Shown in pieces: positions 24,901-38,392 of a stretch of DNA of 64,000 nt. Every line of letters begins with the position of its first letter. Within the stretch, counting starts at the first letter, position 1. Source of the stretch: Chromera velia. Lineage: Eukaryota. The stretch covers positions 1 to 64,000 of the forward strand of contig JAHBMJ010000521.1 of NCBI GenBank assembly GCA_018398765.1, given 5' to 3'. Position numbers and translations under genes: made by a program. Under the pieces are notes generated by a model. That model ran no database searches. It was not told the DNA's origin and saw nothing but the letters and a program-made list of their open reading frames with translations.

Positions 24901-25208
24901 AGAGAGGATGAGAAATTAAGAGAGGAGCCTGAAGCCGAAACGGAGCAATCGGATCAATTAGAATGGAGCAAAACGGATGCTACCGCTCTTTCAAGGTTTC
25001 CTCTCTCTTCATTCTCTTCGTCTCAGTTAAACTCTCTCGAAGGTCACCGAAGGAGAGAAAGGAAGGAACCGCAAAGCACTGAGGACCTCTCCCTCCCTCC
25101 CTCCCTCTTTCCGTGCACGTCCCTTCTCCCTTCTTGTGTGCAAAAAAAGCCTGCAGGGACCGCAGGCTGATTTCCTTCCTTTCCGCGCACGCTCCCTTCC
25201 CTTTTTAA

Positions 25209-26491
25209 TTAATTCTGCACCCGCAGCAATCGGTCGATGGCCGCCTGTCTCATCTCATACAGCAGCATGTTGGACTTGCCGATCGCCGACCGCTGCACGA
25301 AAGTCTTGGAGGCGTCTATCGCCGCACCGCAGCCATGCGTCCCCCCCAACTTCCATCGCAGCTGGAGGCCCTCCCCGAGACCCTCCTTCTCCTTCTCCTT
25401 ATTCTCTCCTTCCCCCCACTGCAAAAGGGGAGCTTCCAGGGGCGTTGGGGAAGCGTCCAGCACTTTGTTGTTGTTGTTGTTGTTGTGAGCTGTGCTCTCC
25501 TCACGCAACCGCGGCATCGGGGCCCCTTTCTCGAACAACTCCGGAGACAAGGGAAGCTGCACAGACGCACGCACGCATCCACTCTTTCTTTCTTTTTGGC
25601 AGACGACACACAAACACACACGACTGCACCTACCTCGATCCGGACAGACGACTAAAGCAGAAACAGAGCGGTCTGGTGACTATACTTTCTGTCTAGCCCC
25701 CAGCCCCNNNNNNNNNNNNNNNNNNNNNNNNNNNNNNNNNNNNNNNNNNNNNNNNNNNNNNNNNNNNNNNNNNNNNNNNNNNNNNNNNNNNNNNNNNNNN
25801 NNNNNNTCCCCCCTTGACCGACCGACCATGAATTCCAGACGTCCCGAGGAAGCCGTCCGACTTCGGAAGGCGGTGTCCACCTGTGTCTTCAGACTTTCGT
25901 TCAGACCCTCCCGCAGTCTTCCTATCTGCTCAGGCAGCTGCTTCTCCTTCTCCTTCGGGTGGCTGGTGTTGTTGGTGTAAAGAGGGAGAGACGAGAGCGG
26001 GAGAGTGATTCGAAGAGAAAGGGAAGGGGAGCGGGCGGAGGTCCCCTCGCCGGCTTTCCCCTTTCTCGTCCCCCCTCGGCTCGTCCTTTCCTTTTCCGTC
26101 TGTGCTCCTCCTGATGAAATCAGTTAGGACATTGAAAGAGAAGAGAAGAAGAAATGCAGTCACACAGGCAGGCAGACAGACAGAGAGAAGAAAATGAGAT
26201 AAAAACAAACAAAGCCGCCAATGATGCTCCCTCCCTCCCTGTCTGGTTCCAGTCTCGATCAAGTGAGGCCACAGAAAGACATGAAAATAGAAAGAAAGGA
26301 CATCGAAATCGAGTGCCGTTCGAAAGAAAATTAATTTCGGCAGAAAGGTCCTCGCAGAGGGGATAATCTTTCTCTTTCACCCCACCCACACTTGTCACAA
26401 CCAAGAGCAGCTCGAGAAAGAAAAGAAAGAGGCACACACCGGGAAAAAAAAAAAACAGCATACAAAGAAAGATGAACACATAAATGAAAGA

Positions 26492-26522
<31 letters not shown>

Positions 26523-29500
26523 AAGAAAGAAAGAAAGAAAGAAAGAAGAGAAAGCTGACTGACCTCTTTCCAAGGTGACAGCAAACCCTCCAACTTCTCC
26601 CGTGGGGGCTTTCGGAATCTTCAAGTTCGGCCCCTCACTTCTGCTTCCGTTCTTCCACCAAAATGCTCCCGAACTCCGGGCGCAGATCAGACGGACATCA
26701 TGAACCAGACGCCGCGTCCTCACAGAGAGATTCACGGCCTCCGCAACGAAGGCATCCATGTCCAGACTCCCTTTCCCCTCTCTGTTTGTCTGCATGCGTC
26801 TGAAGAGTTCTCGAGAAGCGAAGTCGAACAGAGGAACCATCCAGGAAAGCTCCCACTCAGCAGCCTCCTGCGGTCCCCCCCCCTCCCTCAGGGGTACTTG
26901 AGGAGGGAGGATGCGGGACTCTAGGACCCGGAAACGTTCCTTCGTGTCCCCCGGACGCTGACAGAGGAGAAGGGCGGGAGCATCAGAGGGCGGGTGGAGC
27001 TTCAGATCCAAATCCTCTAATCTGCATTTCATTCATTCAACAGACAGGGGAGGGAAGAAGGAAGTAAGGGAGGGAAATAATAATATGTGCATGGGTGCAG
27101 AGGCAAGGAAGGAATTAAGGAAAGTGGGAAACGAGAATAGAGGGAAGAGGAAAAATGGAAAGGGAAGGCAGCAAGGCAGTCGACAAAAGTCGTTTTTCGA
27201 ATATGCACCGCAGGTCTTCCTGGTCACAGACTTGCAAAGAAAGCAGTCGACCCCATGCAGAGCAAAGAAGGCAGCAGACAAGTGAATCAATTCAAAGAAC
27301 GAATGCACGAGCAGGCAATGAGGCGACAAAGACAACGTACTGTTGTGAAATTGAAGATGCGAAAAAAGAAAGAATGAGCAAAAACAAGAAAAGGAAAGAA
27401 AATGGGGCAAAGAATCCATCAGCCTGTTTCCAAATCCCCCCTTTAATTCTCTCCTCTCTGACCTGACAAGCAAGGAGAAGGCCAAGGTTGCCGAATTTTC
27501 GAGATAGAGGAGTGTCCCCTCGGGTTTTGCCACTTCGAACTCCACTCTGTAGTCGAGCGAGTTCTCCATGTTCAGCGAACTCTGAACGATGCCGAACCGT
27601 CTCCGAACCTCCACCCGTCTCCTCTGTGCCGCCGCTGCCTGCTCCTCCCGCTCGCGTTCGAGTCTCTCTGCAACTGCACGCGTTCGTGCCTCCTCTTCTT
27701 CTCGAAGCAGCTGCAGCAAGCAAAGTGTACAGTCAGTTTGGAAGGAAGAAAATCGACAGGACACGAGAAAGGACCAACGTTCAAAAGATGCCAACAAGAA
27801 GAAGCAAGCTTGCTCTGCCTCACAAACCACCTGGGGCGGCAAAGAGAAGAAGAGGGAGGCGGAATTCATTCTTCTTCGGTCTGTCATCACTCTCTGTTCT
27901 GTTCTGTCTTGAGTGAATCCAGTCAGGAAGGAAAGAGACGAAAAGACAAACCAAACAGCATGAGAAAACAAGAAAGACAGACAGGAAGGAAAAAAAGAGC
28001 GAAAAGGTCCCAAAAGTCCAGCTGATGTCCCTTCACTTCTTGTTCTGACCTGTTCATACACCGCTTCTGCTCTCTTCACTTTCTCCTTTTCCGCCCCAAG
28101 ATCCACAAGCAATTTCGTCTCCTCCTCCAGAAGCTCCCCAGCTTCCTCCCTGCAGACGTAACAGCGCGAAATCGTGTCAAGAAGAAAAGAGAAGGAAGGA
28201 AAGAGGCAGGAGAGCTGATCGGAGAGATCATGCACAGCTAGCCCCGGCAGAAAGAAAAAGCTGAGTCGAAAGAAAATTAATGCACCACAGTTAATCAATG
28301 TCACGCGACACGGCGGAGAACGAGCACGCAGTCCCTCCCACCTTTCAAAAAAAAAAAAAGAGAGCCGCCCCAGAGAGACTCCACCCAGAACCGCATACAG
28401 ACAGAGAGAAGGTCAGACAGACAAACAAGCAAACAAAGAACGGACGGACCGGAATTTGTCCAGAATGACTGCGTGTTTTTCTGCTGAGGTCTGCACAAAG
28501 AAGAAAGAGGTCGGAATGTATCCCCCCCGAGGAAGATATTAATAAATAAGAGAATCTTCAAATGAATCGATCAGGCACCAAGTGGGCGAAGAAGGAAGGG
28601 AAAAAAGAATGCATGAAGGCATCCACACGCATCCGCTACAACCGTCACTGACAGCAAAAAAAAAAAGAACTGGAGCTTGCAGCAGCCCAGAACAGAAGCA
28701 AGCTTGGCTCATTGAACAAACACTTCAGGATTCCACCAAAACCTTGAGCAAACACATAGCCTGTGAAGACACACCCACTTGTTGCCACACAAACATTCAG
28801 ACTGCACCCCTACATCCACTCTCACAGACGGACAGAAAAAAAGAGAACCAGTCACCGTAGCCCACGTGCAAAAGAAAACACACACAGTGAGACCTCGAGA
28901 AGAGAAAAGAAATGCAGAGACACACGGAGAACCACAGAGGAAGAAGAAACGCACCCAATCACCCCATGTTCATGCCCAAGCAAGAAGACAAACAGAAAAG
29001 GAAGCTCACGAACCAACCAGCACGGCAAGTGCACGTCCGCCCAGTACTTTCAGGAGACTGCGTCTGCGTTTGTCGAGTTCCCTCAGGAGTTCTCCCGTTG
29101 CGGCCTTTCTTGCCTCGTTGAGCACTGGGACCAGTTTCTTGCATTCAGTCTGGAAGGCCACTTGCGACTCCCTGATGGCCTCTCGGTCGTGCGACTGAAA
29201 TGGCAACGGGAATGGGAAGGGAAAAGCAAGTGGGGGAAATGTAAGTTATAAATGGGTTGATCCTTGAAGTTTCTGCCCTTAATTCTCTTTCTCTGTCTGT
29301 CTCTCTGCATGTGACGTGATCGATCCACGATGACCATACATACATACGCAAACAAATGACACGAGGACAAAACGACACGACACGACTGAACGAAACAAGG
29401 AAGGTAGGAAGGAAGAACAGGGGGTGGAACTCCCAATTTTGAAGGGATTCAAGCGCAGGGAAGAAGAGTAAGAAAGGAGCAGAAAGGAAGGAAGGAAGGA

Positions 29501-29639
29501 AGAAAGAAAGAAAGAACACGACTAATGTATCATCCTTTCCCTTCCTCAACTTCCCATTCTTTTCGGTTCCTTCGCCTTCCCTGTCTCTCACTTCCCCTCA
29601 ATTCCTTTGCCTTCCCTATCTCTCACACCTGAACGACAT

Positions 29640-29671
<32 letters not shown>

Positions 29672-32600
29672 ATCTGTTTTTCTTTTTTTCTGCTTATTTT
29701 TCTTTCACACACATAAACAGACCGACAGACCGACACACAGACAGACTGACTGACTGGGATCTTCTCCCCCTCTGCGACCACTCTCCTCATTTCATTCAGG
29801 TGGGGAAGGTGGAGAAACCGCAGGGCCTTTCTCTCTGCAATCACTTTCTCCAGGACCTCTGTATCCGCCTTCCATTTCCTCTCCTGAGCGTCTCTTGCCG
29901 CCGTTAACGCAGCGCAAACGGGGCCGAGCACAACGTGATCAGCAGACTCGCCAGCGCCCTGCACAAGCTCGACCGCCTGGTTGGAGGCCAGACGTCTGAG
30001 TGCGGGACGGAAGAGGCTGTTCATGTCGTTCTCGACGTGTCTGGCCATGTGCTTCTCTGCACTGAATCTTTCGCACAGCCACACGAGATCGTTCACTCCC
30101 CCTGCTGTCTCCTCAGGCTCTTCCTCTGCCTCCTCTGCCGGTGGTTGGCCTGGGACTTGTTGGCCTGTTGGGTCCTCAATTTGACGCTCCTCCTCCCCTT
30201 TCCTTTCACCTGCTGCTGCCTGCTTCTCTTCAAAGACATGATTTCTTTTCGGCACCCCCTCATCGTTTTCGTCGTCCTCCCCCTCTTCGTCATCCTCATC
30301 TCCGCTGTCGTCTGGAGGGGCGTTCTCCCTCACCCTTCGCTTGCAGTCTTTCTTCGACCTCTCCTGAAGGACCCTCCTCCCTGTTCTGCTTTCTACTGCT
30401 GTCTTTTCTGCCTCCTCAGACTGCTGCTGTTCTAAGGACTCTCTCTGGTCCTCTCTGATTGCCTCCTCAACAGCATCTGAGGCCCCCCCACGCGCAGACG
30501 GAAGAGGCACTTTGGCCTTTTCGTTTTTCGTCTTCTCCTGCTGCTGCTGCGGCGGCGGCGGCGGCGGGGGGGGATGCACGTTGGCGGGGAAGAGAGCGGT
30601 GTCTAGAGAGTGCACAGCAACTTCGTCCTCAGAGACAGAGGGAAAGAGCACATCCTCTGCCTCCCCATGATCCGAAGCTGTCGGCTGCTGGTGAACGTGA
30701 GGAGGGTGCAAGTTGTCAGTTGAACCTTCCTTCTCTCCCCCCTTCTCTTCCTTCCCCTCTCCCGCCCGCTCCCCCGGGATTGCAATCAGCCTGGAGAGAC
30801 TCGGCAGACTCTTCGTGAAATCCTCCGAAGAGAGGCAAGCCGCTTCCCTGTGTCCCTCTCTCTGAAGCACCCCCCCTGCAGCTGCAGGCTGAGACGGAGC
30901 CGCGGCAGCAGGAGAATGTCTCTGGGCTCTCGTGACGTCTGCTTGCTTTCGGGGCCGTCTCTTGACGGTTTCGTTCTCCTCCAACTTGTCTTCCGCTCTG
31001 TCGGAAGCTTCCGAGCCCCTTTGCCTGCAGAGAGAGAGAGAGAAAACACAGAGAGAGAGAGAGACAGAGGTTCACACAGATGGGCAACCTCCTTGCATTT
31101 CCTCTCCTCTCTGCCCTCCAACTCCTTCTCATTGACAGACGGACAGACGGAGGGGCAGACAGGGAAACCCAATCACGCGCACAAAGACAGGCAGGCAGCA
31201 AGAGGAAGCACGCAAGAAGACATGAGAAGAGAGGAGAAGACAAGAGAAGAGAGGAGAGGAGAGGACAGCGAAAAACGTGACCATCACGATGCAGTGTGAG
31301 TAGAAAGAGAGGTAGGGGGGCGACTCATCTGTCTCACACGAATCTCGGGAGGGAGCCTCTCTTTATCGATCTGTGCATGGAGGGAGAAAAACAGAATGAA
31401 GGACACGAAATGAATTAAGGCGAATGAATGAATATTCAGACGAAGGAAGGGCGGACAGACAAGCAAGAATTGCGAAAGGGCACACACGGAATGAAGACAA
31501 CAAAAAAGCAGGCAGGCAGACCTGAGTGCATTCAGTCTGCTCGAACGTCGAGGCCCTTCCCCACCACTCCCCCTTCCTCCCTCTCGAGACGGACGAGGGG
31601 AGGGAACCTGAGGAGACGACAACACTGCTGCTGCTGCTGCTGCTTTGGGCTGCGGCTGACGACGTGGGTCCGCATCTCTTCCTTTCCCTCCACTCGCGTC
31701 TGCCCTGCTTGCTCGTCGCTTTCCAGGGACCGAGTCTTGAGACGCAGAGGAATTCTCCCTGTTCGCCCCATGCGGAGACGGTGGAAGGGCAGAGCCGTGA
31801 GGAGATTTCTGGGCCCCCTTTCTGCCGGCAGTTCTCCGATCACCGTCTTTGGAAGGAGAGGGGGGTTTGTCCTTCGACGTCCTCTTCTTCTCCTTCTCTG
31901 ACGGTTTCCTTCTGTTTTCTTCGTTGCTTGCTTGGACAGAGAGGGAGTCAGGAAGAATAGCCGAGAGGGCGGGCGGGTTTCGTGTGGGTTGCTCAGGGGA
32001 AAAGGCGTCGGGATTGTGGCGGTTCTTCGGATTTGGAGATTCCGGGTCTGTGGGAGCACGGCGAAGAGGATCAGAGACAGGGAGAGACACACCGCTGTGA
32101 GAGGTCTCTTTACGAGCCGACCTGCTCCCTTCCTCTTTCTCCTGCTCTTGCTCCTTCAAAACAGACAGACGAGGAGAGGTCCTCCGGCCAGCCGGGTTTC
32201 GGCTGGGGCGCTCGTTTGCGTCTTTCTTCTCACGTGAGAGGGAAACGGAGAGGGGTGGAGGGGGCACCATGGACGACTCTGCCCTCTCATCATCCACTCT
32301 CTCCCCCTGCGTGAGGGTGCGTTGTTGAGCCATCTGTGCAGCTTGTGGGGCAACTGCAGCAGCGGCAGCAGTGGAGGGCGCCCCGAATGAGAAAACCTCT
32401 CTTGTTCCTCCCTCAGGGCCAAAGGAAGGCGGACGGACCTCTTTGTCTCCTTCCCCCCACAGTACTCCTGCTGAGGACGCAGAAGCAGAAGAAGAGGCAG
32501 GAGCCCCCTTCGAATTACGCGCCCCCCTTCCTCTCAGTCGCTCGGAGCTGCGGACTGATCGCCTACCTCCCCGTCCCCGTCCTGTCGGCACCCCCCCGGC

Positions 32601-35600
32601 AGTCGACCCCCTTGCTGTCTCCTGAGTCCCCCGCTGCATATCTTCACCCTCCCCCCCTGTCTGGTCTCCAGGAGAGGGTGCTGGGGTCGACTGAGGAGGC
32701 GAGAGAGGGGGAGGGAAGATCGTGTCTGCGTACTCGTTCAGTTGCCTCATCGCTTCAGAGACAGAGCTCGAGGGGGCCTCTGAGGGAGCCGCATGGGCGG
32801 CGTCGGGGGATGCGAAACCTGGCTGCTCCTGCGTCTGCACGCCCTGTTGCTGCTGCTGCTGCTGTGTCTGGCCGCTATCGTCAACGTCCACCATTTCGAC
32901 ATCATGCAGGGATGAGCAGGCACGGGACCCTGCAGACTGACGAGAGAGACGAGGAGACTGTGGTTGCGTCAGGGGCTGTCCCCCGAACATGTTCATGTTC
33001 GTGTGGGGGACAGTTGGGACGTTTCCAGCAAGCTGAGACTGCAGCTGCGGGTCGGGATGATGGGATCGGAATCCGATGACGGATGCGGGGGGGGGCTGGG
33101 CAGCTGAGGAGCTTGCAGACGCTGAGGAGGAATATGCAGGGTGCACTGTGGTCCCCTGCGCTCCCGGTCGGGAGCCACGGCGTGCTTTCTTCTTCGTCTG
33201 CACCAGGTCAGGAGAGACGGAGTCGCGACGACCGAAGACAGTCGCGTACGTTTGAGGGGGAACAGCCGAGTCGGCCCTCGCAGGAGAGGAGCCCCGCTGG
33301 CGCTTGCAGGTGACTCGTCCTCCTGCACCCGCTTGCTTACTGGGTGCAGGAGTCTGGAAGGGCTGTCTTCTCGTCCTTCGCGTCCACTGCCCCCCTCTCG
33401 ATGTTCTCAGGCCTCCGCCCAAACCGGACAAGGGACCAGTGCCGGTATCGGACGCCCCCCCTTCGGTGAAGGGGAAAGGGGTGTGTTGGTGGACAGGGGG
33501 GGTGGGGACTCCATTGAAACTCCCTGCAGCATTGGAAGAGAACACCTGTGTCTCTTCGTACATTCTGGACAGGCGAGCTTTTGCATCCAGAGTCGGTTCA
33601 CCTGAGAGAAACTGTTCGTCTTCTAGGAGGCCGAATTGAGGGGAGACGCCAGACCCCACAAGAATCCGGTCGACCGTCTGTGTGGCCGTCAGCGTTCCCT
33701 GCAGGCATGTATGTGCACATACATATGCATGGGGGGATGATCAAAGGGAGGGAAGGCCTTCTTTTCTTTTCTTTCATGTTCCTGCCACTTTTCGTTCTGC
33801 GTGATGGCCCACGAAAGAGGTGTCAGCTAGGGTTTTCATGCATCATTCTTGCGCAGATCGAAGGAAGGGAAATCGAGAGAGACCAGAAAGAACAATGGAG
33901 GCACCCAGAAAGAACAATCGAGAGAGATTCAGCAGGGTGAAAAGAAAAAAAACAGAAACGGGCCACACACATAGAAAGAGAGAGAGGCGCATGCGGATTG
34001 AACATTTTAGATGAACGCACAGAAGACTGAGAGATGGGACAGCGAAACCCTTTTCTCCTTCCCTTTCTCGATGAGAAAGAAAGAAAGAAAGAAAGAACAA
34101 AAGAAAGAAACAAAGAAAGAAAGAAAGAAACAAAGAAAGAACGGACCTCGCTCCTCTCCTCCGTGGTCGTCACGTCTCTGTTGCTGCCCATCTCTCTCTG
34201 CACATCCCCCCTGCTCGACGAGGAGGAAGAGGAGGATGACGAGGAGCCTCCATCTACTCCAGTGCCCGACACACCCTCAGTCAAATCCTTCTGCTGCTGC
34301 TGCTGAGACGGGGAGGGACTCCAGGGAAAGGACATCTGAGGCCACATTCCCCTTATCGCCCCCCTCCCGCCTGCCCTCTCCTCACCCTCACGATCGGACC
34401 CCTGCCCTCCTGCGGCAGCAGCTGCTGGCGGCCGTGGGGATTCGGCATTCGCGCTCGGCGACCGCCGATGCCGCGAAGGGGAACGCTTGGCGCACGACCC
34501 CAGGGTTTCGGAAACCAGACGCACCAGGCCGGAGCCGCTGCTACTGGAGGACGAGGACGAGGACGAGGAGGAAGAGCACGCGGGGGGAACTCTGCTGGCC
34601 GAAGGGGATCCCTTCCTAGTGTGCCCCCCCCTTCCTAGAAACGTTCTTCCCCTCCCTCCCTCCGGACTCCGTCTGCCGGCGGACCCCCACTCCCCCTCAC
34701 CCCCCTCTGTCTCTCTGCCGATTAGAGGATGGGAGACAGAGAGGGAGGCGTCAGAATCAGCGTCTCCGAAGGGGCTCTGAGGGACCACGGACGGGCGACG
34801 ACGCGCGGGCGGTCCTCCCATTTCGTCTCCCTGCAGACACGCAGGCAGGCAGCAGACAATTAAAGAGAAAGGGAGAGAGCAATCAAGAGAAGGAAAGGAG
34901 AAGAGGAGGGCAGGCAGGCAGGAAGGAAGGAACAAAGGCGTGTCCGTCTCTGTTTGTCACTCAGAGAGCGACGGAAGGAAGGAAGGAAGGAAGGAAGGAA
35001 GGAAGCAAGGACGGAGGGAAGGAAGGAAGGAAGGAAGGAACGAAGGAAGATTCGTTCCTAAATGAGGGACAGCTTTAAGGCTTGGAGGGAGAAAAATTTA
35101 AAGTCAGAGAGAGAGAACCTCAGCGGAGGGCTCTGACAAAACTCTGCCCCCCCCCCGGCCTCTCCCAGAGCCTTACACAGACTTTCTTTCTTGCTTGCTT
35201 GCATGCGGGCTTTGGAGAGGAGAAGATGACGGGCTGATGGATGGATGGATGGATGAATGGTCGGAAAGTAAAAGGGAAGGAAGAATCAGGATGGCAATTA
35301 AAGACAGAAGACGAAAGAAAGCATTCACAGAGACTCGATCGAGCACTGACGATTTCCTCACAGAAGACGCCAACAAGGTCATCGCACACGGGGTTCACTG
35401 CGCGCAGATAGAGACAGACAGACATATACGGCAGGCAGGCAGGTACACACACACACACACACAATCACAGCAGTGAAGGGAAGGGGAAAAGAGGCTCGCT
35501 CAGGAGAGTCGGTGGAGACGCCCCACGAAATACAATGCAGCACGACCGGATGATGTCATGCATGTCTATGTTTTCAAAACTGTCGGAAAGGAAAGGAAAG

Positions 35601-36902
35601 GGGGGAACAACGAACGGGGGGAAAAGGGAGGAAAGGGGGTTGGAAAGGAAGGTGATAGACCCCACCTAATGAGGCTCTCTCCCTCTCCCCATGCAGTTTT
35701 TCTTTCGTTCCTTTTGATTCTCTCTGTCTCTCTGTCTGCTGCAAGTCTGCCTGCCGAGCTCCTCTTCATACACCTGGCACACACTGTCTATTCCATCTGA
35801 GTGGTTGTTGTCTATCAATGAAAGTCGTTTCCACTTTGCTCTCGATCTCTCCCTGACTGCATGTGGGCCGACTGACGCACGCGCGTTCTGTTGTGCCCAC
35901 GGCATCCTCTGACGTTGCTGTGGCGGAGGGGCGGCAGCAGCGGCTCCTCCGAGGTTTTTGTCTCTCGAGAGATGGCTGCAGCAACAAGAAGAAAGGGGAA
36001 CACAGGACAAATTAAAGGGAAGGTGACCGTTGGACAGTGCAGCAGCAGACTCCGGCATGCACCATGAGGGGAAGAGGCGGAATCCTGCGTTGCCTTTTCA
36101 CTGCCGGGATTGCAGTGGCATCTCTGCTCGGAGGGAACGAATTCGGGTCTGAAGAGTGTTTTCGCGACAGAACCTTCAAAAAACGCAGTGCTCAGTGCTT
36201 CAAAAAAGGCAGTCAGTGGTTTGATGAGAGAAAAGAGAGACGTGCCGGAAACATCTGTGCGGGGTTCCCAGGTGTCTGCCAGCGCGTCTGTCTCAGTTCT
36301 CTCTGTCTCTTTTCTTTTCACCCAGCTTTTCTTCCCGGCTTCGGCTGCTTACCTGCGTGCATCCCGATTGTTGTTATTCTCCAGGGACACCGCCCTCCTC
36401 CGTGCAGACCCGACTGTGTAAGACGGGTAATCCCTGCAACGAGGCAGGCAGGCAGGCAGAAAGGGAAGGGAAACAGCCACGGGGAGGGACAGAGGGAGAA
36501 GTCAAGTCTCCAAAAAGCGGGCTGGTTCTGAAAACTGAAGACCGAAATCATCACGGACTATGATAAAAGGGGGCCCATCACAGAGTGTCATGCTGCTACA
36601 AATCGGCAAGACGACTGGGCAAAAAGCAGAGAAAAGAAACAGACGAGCGAGGAGGTAACAGTGATTCCCAGGTTCAGACTGAGCTCATTTACTTACTTGT
36701 TGAACAAAGCGACCTCCGTCAACTGCTCTTCATGCTTCCATCCGATACTCCTCCTGGGAGTGGGGGCCCTATTCGGCGACTTCATTGCAGATCGCCTGGG
36801 CGGAGGCGTCTGCGAAGACGGCCTTAGCCTTGGCGGAGGGCTTTGGAAGCTATCCGCACTTCCGGCCGAATTTCGCTTCTCGGGCTGCTTTGTTGGTGGC
36901 AT
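25209..36902 (-). CDS. About 2100-aa protein with KNL1/Spc105-like architecture (N-terminal PP1-docking motifs, long disordered region, coiled coil, folded C-terminus)
   Basis: About 14 phase-consistent exons: 36902-36697, 36433-36353, 35975-~35773, 34830-34147, 33698-31522, ~31371-31338, 31024-29755, 29194-~29048, ~28488-28449, ~28149-28050, ~27709-27462, ~27021-26563, ~26110-25828, ~25556-25209. N-terminus contains RRSAMKS...RRSIGW...EVALFNKDYP. The gene model is well supported; the family assignment is inference. Confidence 0.7.
25708..25806. other. Assembly gap (run of N) inside an intron
   Basis: Continuous Ns. Confidence 1.
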
Positions 36903-37254
36903 AGCGAGGCTGAAGAAGACGCGCTGTCGGGCAACGAGTGGTCTTTCTGAGCTGAGTCTGCACTAAAGGGGCCAGGAAGAAGCCGAACGAGTCCACGAGC
37001 TCGCTTGGCAATCCTCCAACTGCGCTCTCCTGAAGTTTCAGCAGCTGTCGCAAGTACGCCTTGTAGGTCTCCAAAGAAGACGGGCGCCTGATTGTTCTTC
37101 TTTTTTTTGTACAGATACTTCGCAAAGAGCTGCCGTTTCTGTCAAGACTTTCGATCAGGTCCTCACTCACTGACTTTCTGGTGGGGGTCACAATGGGTCA
37201 CAAGATGTGGAAAGATTCTGCATGAGGGAAAATGATCGATTGTTGATGATTGTT

Positions 37255-37505
37255 GCTCTGCAAAAAAAAAGTCTGTGCGCGGATCGATCCAACTTTTTTT
37301 TCGATCCCGCGTGGCCGCGAGACGGGCGCGCGGGCGGCGCGGGTCCGCGGCATGCATGCATGGGCCTGTATTCGCGGACGCGCGCGGGCCGCGCGGGTCC
37401 GGCCACCCCAATTATGCAGGGTGCATGGCGGCGCCGCGCGGCTCGAATGAATGCACAGACGGCGCCGCCATACGGCGCCGCCTATCATGCCATGATCATA
37501 TGCAA
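37255..37505. promoter_or_regulatory. CpG-rich bidirectional promoter core
   Basis: Lies between the divergent KNL1-like and golgin genes. Contains GCATGCATGCATG near 37350, a direct repeat GCGCGGGC(G/C)GCGCGGGTCCG, an inverted repeat ATGGCGGCGCCG...CGGCGCCGCCAT, and an A-tract/T-tract pair around GGATCGATCC. Confidence 0.6.
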
Positions 37506-37994
37506 GAGTGAAATTGCTTCGTGAGGCGGGACATCAGGTTTTCATGATGCCGCACCTCGATCTGACATCAGATTGTCCATTCTTTCGTCGTCTAAGCGTA
37601 CACGACAGCCCTCCGTGTGGGATCGACTGGTCTCTCATCCATTGGAATCGGGTCGGCTGTCCACTGCGGAGACGCCAAAAATCTTGTGGCACTGGACACT
37701 GTGCAAAGTGCCAATCACACCATCCTCGCACCATTTCAGGGAAGACTTGACTTAAATTGCCTTTCCTATCCCTCTCCTGAAATCGTATGTGAAATTTTAA
37801 GGGGGTCTGGACCGCTAAGCTGTCGCAAGACTGAATTGAATCACTTTTCGGTCCTCCGGTGTATCCGGCTCCGATCGGACGTCGTGGGTCTTTCGGGTGC
37901 CAGTGCTCCCTTTCATCCACTCCTCAGTTTGATTGTGTGAATCACTGCAACATTCCCCTCGTGAGGCAAGATGATGGGCTTTCTCGGAAATGCG

Positions 37995-38165
37995 ATGAGC
38001 AACTTGAACAAAATGCTCGACGAGGCGGATGGAGACGATGAAGACGGTCAGGGTGTGTGCGTGCGTGTTTAGGGGGGCGGGGGGGCGGTAAGGCGGGTGT
38101 GTCTGTGTCTATGTGAGAGAGAGAGAGAGTGTGTTCGGTGTGCGGGTGAGTGAGTGAGTGGGTGA

Positions 38166-38200
<35 letters not shown>

Positions 38201-38299
38201 CGCACACGTGGGTGGGTGGGTCTGTGTCTATCTATGAGGGTGTGTGGGGAAGTATGCACAGCATGTGCGTGCGTTTGTGAGTATGCATTGTGTGTGTGT

Positions 38300-38392
<93 letters not shown>

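Noticed and set aside
23400..25150. Additional gene between the 22.7-kb island and the KNL1-like stop
   Set aside because: No phase-consistent exon chain was found; it is treated as 3' UTR or intergenic despite TGCATGCA motifs.
36850..37191. 113-aa ORF overlapping the KNL1-like start
   Set aside because: It starts at GTG, spans a probable 5'-UTR intron, and has no recognisable domain.
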